DNA of 64,000 nucleotides. Origin: Candidatus Tantalella remota. GTDB taxonomy: Bacteria > Omnitrophota > Gorgyraeia > Tantalellales > Tantalellaceae. Position numbers and translations under genes: made by a program. Every line of letters starts with the position of its first letter. Position 1 is the stretch's first letter. The stretch is from positions 8,113-72,112 of the forward strand of contig JAVCCB010000015.1 in assembly GCA_030765685.1 (NCBI GenBank), given 5' to 3'. Positions 50,501 to 56,500 of this stretch are shown piece by piece. The notes beneath the pieces were generated by a model. It was not told where the DNA came from and searched no databases. It saw only the letters and a program-made list of their open reading frames with translations.

Positions 50501-53500
50501 ACGCCGAGTGGCAGACTTACCGAAGCGCGTACGATATAACCAATGAAAAGCTCTTCATGTTGACAGACCTCAAGGGGAAGATCATACACATAGCAAATGA
50601 AAAGAAAAAAGACGAAACGTGGGAGACATCCCCTGTGGAGACGGAACCGGAGCCGAGGGATCTGGTGCGGGCGGAGAACGCCCGGCGTATAAGGAACATC
50701 CCCGACGACGCGCTCTGTGATTTTTACGTTAACGGCAGGCATATAGTGTTGTCCAGAGCCGAGATAACCGGACCTGAGCCGTGGGAGGGAGAGGGTGTAA
50801 GGATACATAATTCGATAGTGCAGGGATCGATACTTCTGCCGGGGTCGGAGATCATAGACAGCGTCGTGGATAAATCCCAGGGACGGATAATAGCGACAGC
50901 CTCATACGTGCAGAGAGTGACGGTCAAAGATCTGGATGCTGAGAACAGCCTTGTTCATATGGTGGTTTCGGACGGCGCGGTCGAATCCCGGGGAGAGATA
51001 GTCAGTGACGTTTTTAGACCGGAGCTTCTTACGGACGAGTATCATGACGGCAGATTCTTTCGCGGTCAGACCAGGTTGCGAGTTCCCATGTATTATGATC
51101 CTAAAGAAGAAGATGAGGTGATATATGGGGATAATAAATTTGCTATAGATAGAGATGAGGAGAAAGTTGAAAGAGGCGAGGTACCGGATGAACTGGTCAT
51201 ACGCAGGATGGGCACCGTAAGGAGTCAGAACGAGGATATCGAGAGCAAAATACGCATACAGGCAATGATAATAGGGGGTATGAGGGAAGCTCTTGAGGCC
51301 CGCGTAAAAACGCTTAAAAATTCCGGGAAATTGACCGCGGGTTTTGTAAAAGATATTTTTAAGAATCTTGACCTGTACGGCCCGGCTGATCAGTACGCTT
51401 TGGCAGAGATAGTTTATTTCGCGAACCTCATCCACAGTATTTCACAAGACCAGGCTGTTCGCGATATCTCAGGCAGTGCGATGAAAGAGCATGTGTTTTT
51501 TGAACGCATCAGAGAAAGCTTTCGCGGTGCCGAGTATGACAGAGGACCGAGACAGGCAACGAACCCTCAAGAGACGGATGAATTGTTCAATGAGCGTTTG
51601 GGAGCTCTCAAGTTTATATTCGACCAGAATATAGACGTGATGGACGGTAATAACAGGTTCAAGGTATTTTTATGGCTGGAAGTCCTTGTGCATACGGATG
51701 TCATTACGACCTCGGCCCTTAAGGGGCTTCTTATAGATCTTGAAAGGCGTCTTCCCGATGATATATCTTTCGGGTCCGTGATGGAAACAGCTTATGAGGT
51801 TCTTGCGATACAGGGGTATCCTTATGATGATACGAACTCCGGATATTACGTATTAAGGCGTAATTTTCTTAATATGGTCAGGAAGGCCGTTCCGCTGAAG
51901 GAATACTCGCTGGTGGGAGATACTGACCTGGGTGCGGTGGTGGACCAGGGGATGCAACGGATAAGACAGGAGCGATGGAAAAACGGTTCCCCGGTATTGT
52001 TTTATGAATACTCTGAAGATGTGGACACGGTCCCGCTTCCTAATGGCGCGGAATTTGATATTGTTAACATTCCCGGACGATTGGCGTATGAAGAACATAA
52101 AAGAGCAGAGAGGCCTTCTGCCCTGGAAGCTTCGCAGGAGGAACTCCCGGTCGTTGGGCCCAAAATAGTGCGTGAACATGACAAAAGCTGCCGGTTCAGT
52201 GCGCTGTCCAAGCAGATGGTTTGTGCGGTAACGCGACACGGCGTGGAGTTCGATGTTTTCGCGAACATAAGCCCATTTGGTGAGAATCATGTCGTCATGG
52301 CTACGCATGAACCTTCATACCAGCTGATAGATGATGTCGAGAAAGCGCAGGCTTTGTTATATTTCGCCCGAAGGCTCGGTCCGGAATACGAGGGTATTTT
52401 TAACAGTACAAATGCCGCGGCAAGTGTCTTTCACTTCCATGGCCAGTATATCAAGGCTAGGACAAAACTATGGGACAATATTCGTGACTCGAAAGCACGG
52501 ATAGACTGGGATCCCGGATATTTTAATTATCCGGCTGTTCGGGGCGGGACACTGTCCGGCTGGCCGGCGAAAGTGAGATATATGGAGAGTTCTGACATCG
52601 GTCAGCTCGGGAGAGCCATAATGGCTGATGTGAAGGATCTTGAATCAAAAGATATGGCATATAACCTTTCGTTCCGTTTTGAGGACGGAAGATACAAGGT
52701 GATGGTATTCCCCAGAAAAAAGGAAAGGACCAAAACACTTACACCGAAAAGTGATATTTCTCTCGGTATGGGCGGAGTGGATCTGTCCGGACGACTTATA
52801 GTCTACAAACCGGGTGACAGGCAGTATCTAACTGAAGACCTTGCCAGGACCGCGGCTAATTTTGAAACGGTAATGCGGGATGAGGTGACGGACGCCTACT
52901 GGGTATCGCCGCTAAGCAAAACATGGTTGCAGTCGGTAAAGGACGTGGTTGTCAGATTATTGCCGCCGTCCAGAGAAGAGCATCCGATATCATGGGGAGC
53001 CTCGGTAGCGGCTTCGGCGGGATATGGATTGTTCGCGGGTGGGCTCGGCTATTTCTTTGGCATAGGCGCGCGACATATGGTCGTACTTATTTCTACGCTG
53101 GCGATTGTTTCTATCATATATCTGATGCAGGCGTTGGACCTGAAGTACGATGCTCTTGCGAAGGCGCGGGACCTTTTCGGTAAGATCATGCCCAAACGGG
53201 CTGGCCCCGGTCTTGTGCCTCTTTTTAGGCCCAACTTTGATAACATACTTCCGATCCCGCAGGATTCACCGTATCTTACCTATGTAAAAGACAACAAATT
53301 GTATGTGAACGTCAAAGAGATGTCAAGACGTCCCGCTCTTGTCCAGTATTTCTATTATTTTCATGAATGGTTCCATCTGCAGGGGGTAATGTCACACTTG
53401 GTATTGTACGGAGTGCAGGGCATGCTTCTGGCAATACTTCCGCAGATAGTTCTTGGCACACTTGCCGCGAACACCAGCATGAATTTCAGTATAGCAATGG

Positions 53501-56500
53501 TGGGTGGATTGGCCGCGACGGTGACAATGGGCCGCGGCGCCATGGCGATAATACTTTCCTTTATCAAGGAAGACGGCAGTATTAAGCTCGTGCCGGAAGA
53601 AGAATATCCAAAAGATATATCCACGGCCCAGGCTACCGGAGAAGAATATCGGCAGGCTCATACCAACAGGCGGATACGCGCCGATATCCTGGGAGGAAGA
53701 TATGTTCTTATCAAGGTAGACGACGAAGGAGAGCTGTATCTTGAGACCAAAGGTGACAACGCCAAAGGTGTACGCAGGGATTTCAATGATAAACTTAACG
53801 CGATCAGCGATAACGAAGAGTTAAAAGCTTTCCTGGCGAAGAACAAACATCTCATCGAAGACCTTGAGATATATCTGGTGGAACCCGAACCCGGAGCTCC
53901 CGATTCGGTTCACCCGAGCCTCCTCACGTGCGACGGTCGTAACTGGCAGGTAGCGGTTTCGGGAAGCAACGGAGGAAGGTCCCAGTCAGTCTACATGACG
54001 AGGGAGTTCTTTGAGAGCATGTCGGTAGAAGACGTATTATTGCCGGTGTTGTACAACCAGATAACCCGGGCGATCATGTTGTACAGGTACTGGCATCTTC
54101 ATCCGGATATAGCGTATCCGGCAGGAAAACATACTTCACAGATACAGCGTTTCGTAGACGAGATAGTTAATACCGGTCCGGTGAGGACTGAGCTTGATAA
54201 TGTGATCCGGGATCAGATAAGGCTGAGAGAAGAGCTGGATGTAGATGAGGGGATGAGAGCTCAGCTGATATCTCTTATGGAAGCGATCATAGAAGAGAAT
54301 CAGTTTGAGGATGAGTCCGGTCGTAAACAGAAATATAAGGCTTTTATGGATCTCAGAGATGAGCTGATGAAATTTAACAGGAGTATAGAAGAACCCGATT
54401 ATGATAAGGCAGTTGAAGTGTGGGGAAAAATAAGCTACAGGGTCAACAGTATGCTCAGGGAAGGGCATGCTATGTACGATGTCGTCAGAGGCATAAATAA
54501 GATGAAACTTATTCGCGGTATTGCCAGGGAGATAAGCGGCATACTGGAACAATATGTGGCAGAGTTTGGCATATACAGGAGTGAAGGAGCGATCGAGAGA
54601 GGTCAGGCCGTCGGCAAAGTCGTTGTTATTGACAAGGTCGAGGATATAGAGGGCAGGCTGAACGATATAACGGGTGATGAAATATGGGTCCTGCCGATAC
54701 TTACGATACGCGCCCCTTATCTGGAAGGACGAGGTATTATTGTAAGCGCCGGCCAGGGAGGGCACGCGCGCCAGGTGGCCTCTGATAAGGCCCTGCCGCT
54801 GGCCAATATCCCGAACGCGATCGAATGTCTTAAACAGTTTGATGGCCAGTGGGGTATGCTCAGGGTCGAGCCCAACGGCATAGTACGTTTCAGGCCGGCC
54901 CATAAGGATGAGATAGATACGCGTGATGAATATGTGCGAAAACCGGAGGCGAAAAAAGTCGAGATCCCTAAACCTGTTCTGGGTGTGGATGTGCCTCTTG
55001 CATACGATCTGGAAGACGTCGATAAATTCTATATAAACAGGGTAGGCGCCAAGGCCGCCAATCTCGGCCATATGCTAAATAACGGTTTCGCTGAGTATAT
55101 CCCGCCGGGAGCCGCGCTTTCTTTTGAGTTCTCGTCAAGATTTATGAATACTCAGAATACTGAAGGCGTTTCGTTGAGGGACAGGATAAAGGCGATCATA
55201 GAGGATATTCCCGTTGAACGGGGAAAGGTCACGGACGAAGATCTCTTTCTGGAGATCCTCGAAAAGGCCAGAAATGAAATAATGAACACGCCTCTTGAGG
55301 GAGAAAATGGTGAGCTTAAAGAGGCGGTTCTGGCGTCAATAAGGAGGATCAGGGGAAAGGCTGGTTTGCTGGAACCAATGACTGAAGAAGAACAGTCAAA
55401 GATCCTGGAAGCGGTGAAAAAAGTAATAGCTACGAAATACACGGAAACCGCGGTCAGGTTGCGGCTCGATAATCAGGTGGCGGATGAGGACGTGTACGCG
55501 GGTATCGTATTGCAGATAGTCGGTTCTGACGCGGAGCCGGTAACCACGGATCGGCCGCAGATATCAGGTACGATCTCCACCTTTAACCCGCTTTCCACCA
55601 GCAAGGGTGAGATACATATATCTGGAGGGCCCGGAGTAGGGGCGGTCGTAGATGATGAGGGGCTTCCGGCACAGGTGATAGTCAATAAGGTCACAGGAAA
55701 GATAACTATAGTAAAGAGCACATCGGATGAAGATACCATGACAGTGCCCCAGCCCGGGACTTTTCTCGCTCGATCCTCCTTTAACTTTGAAGATCTTTTG
55801 GAGCTTTCCGGAGCCGGACAGTATGAATCTTATGCTGACCGCGAAACGAGAGAGGCGGGAGTCCCGTCGACACTGAAACAGGTCATATCAAAAGATCTGG
55901 CAACGCGTCTGGCTGATATAGGGAAAAAGATGGAACTCTTGTATGGGTACTGGCCGCAGGATATAGAGTGGACCGTGACGCCGGGCGGAAAGTTGTTCCT
56001 TGTACAGACACGATCCATCCCGGATGGAGTACCCCATGATGTTGGAGAACCCAAGCTTCTCTATACGGACATTTATAAAGATATGCTGCCCCTGGTCACG
56101 GATGAACAACTTAAACAACTGCGGGAATTGAAGCGTGAACGCAATGCACCGGCGCTGCTTGATCTGATCCAGATTGGAAAGATGGATTTTGAGTTATATA
56201 GGAACAAGGCGGAACTCGGTACGCGGATCATCGCGGTTTCGTATTTGGAAAGTTTACTTGCCAAAGATAAAACGATTGGCGAGGGGTTGACCGAAGAGAC
56301 AGTCGACGCCATGATGGCATATGCTTTAAATCCGTCTAATATGCTAACTGCCCCGGGTATGTTAAAAGCTTTGTCTCATCTATCTGATTCCCTCCGGCAC
56401 AGGGAGCGGCTGAAACTGCAGGCAGAGATGGCCGATATAGAAATGGGTACCGGTATAGGCGGTCACTTAGGCTGGCTCGCCTTTGCCGAATTCGCTTCCA

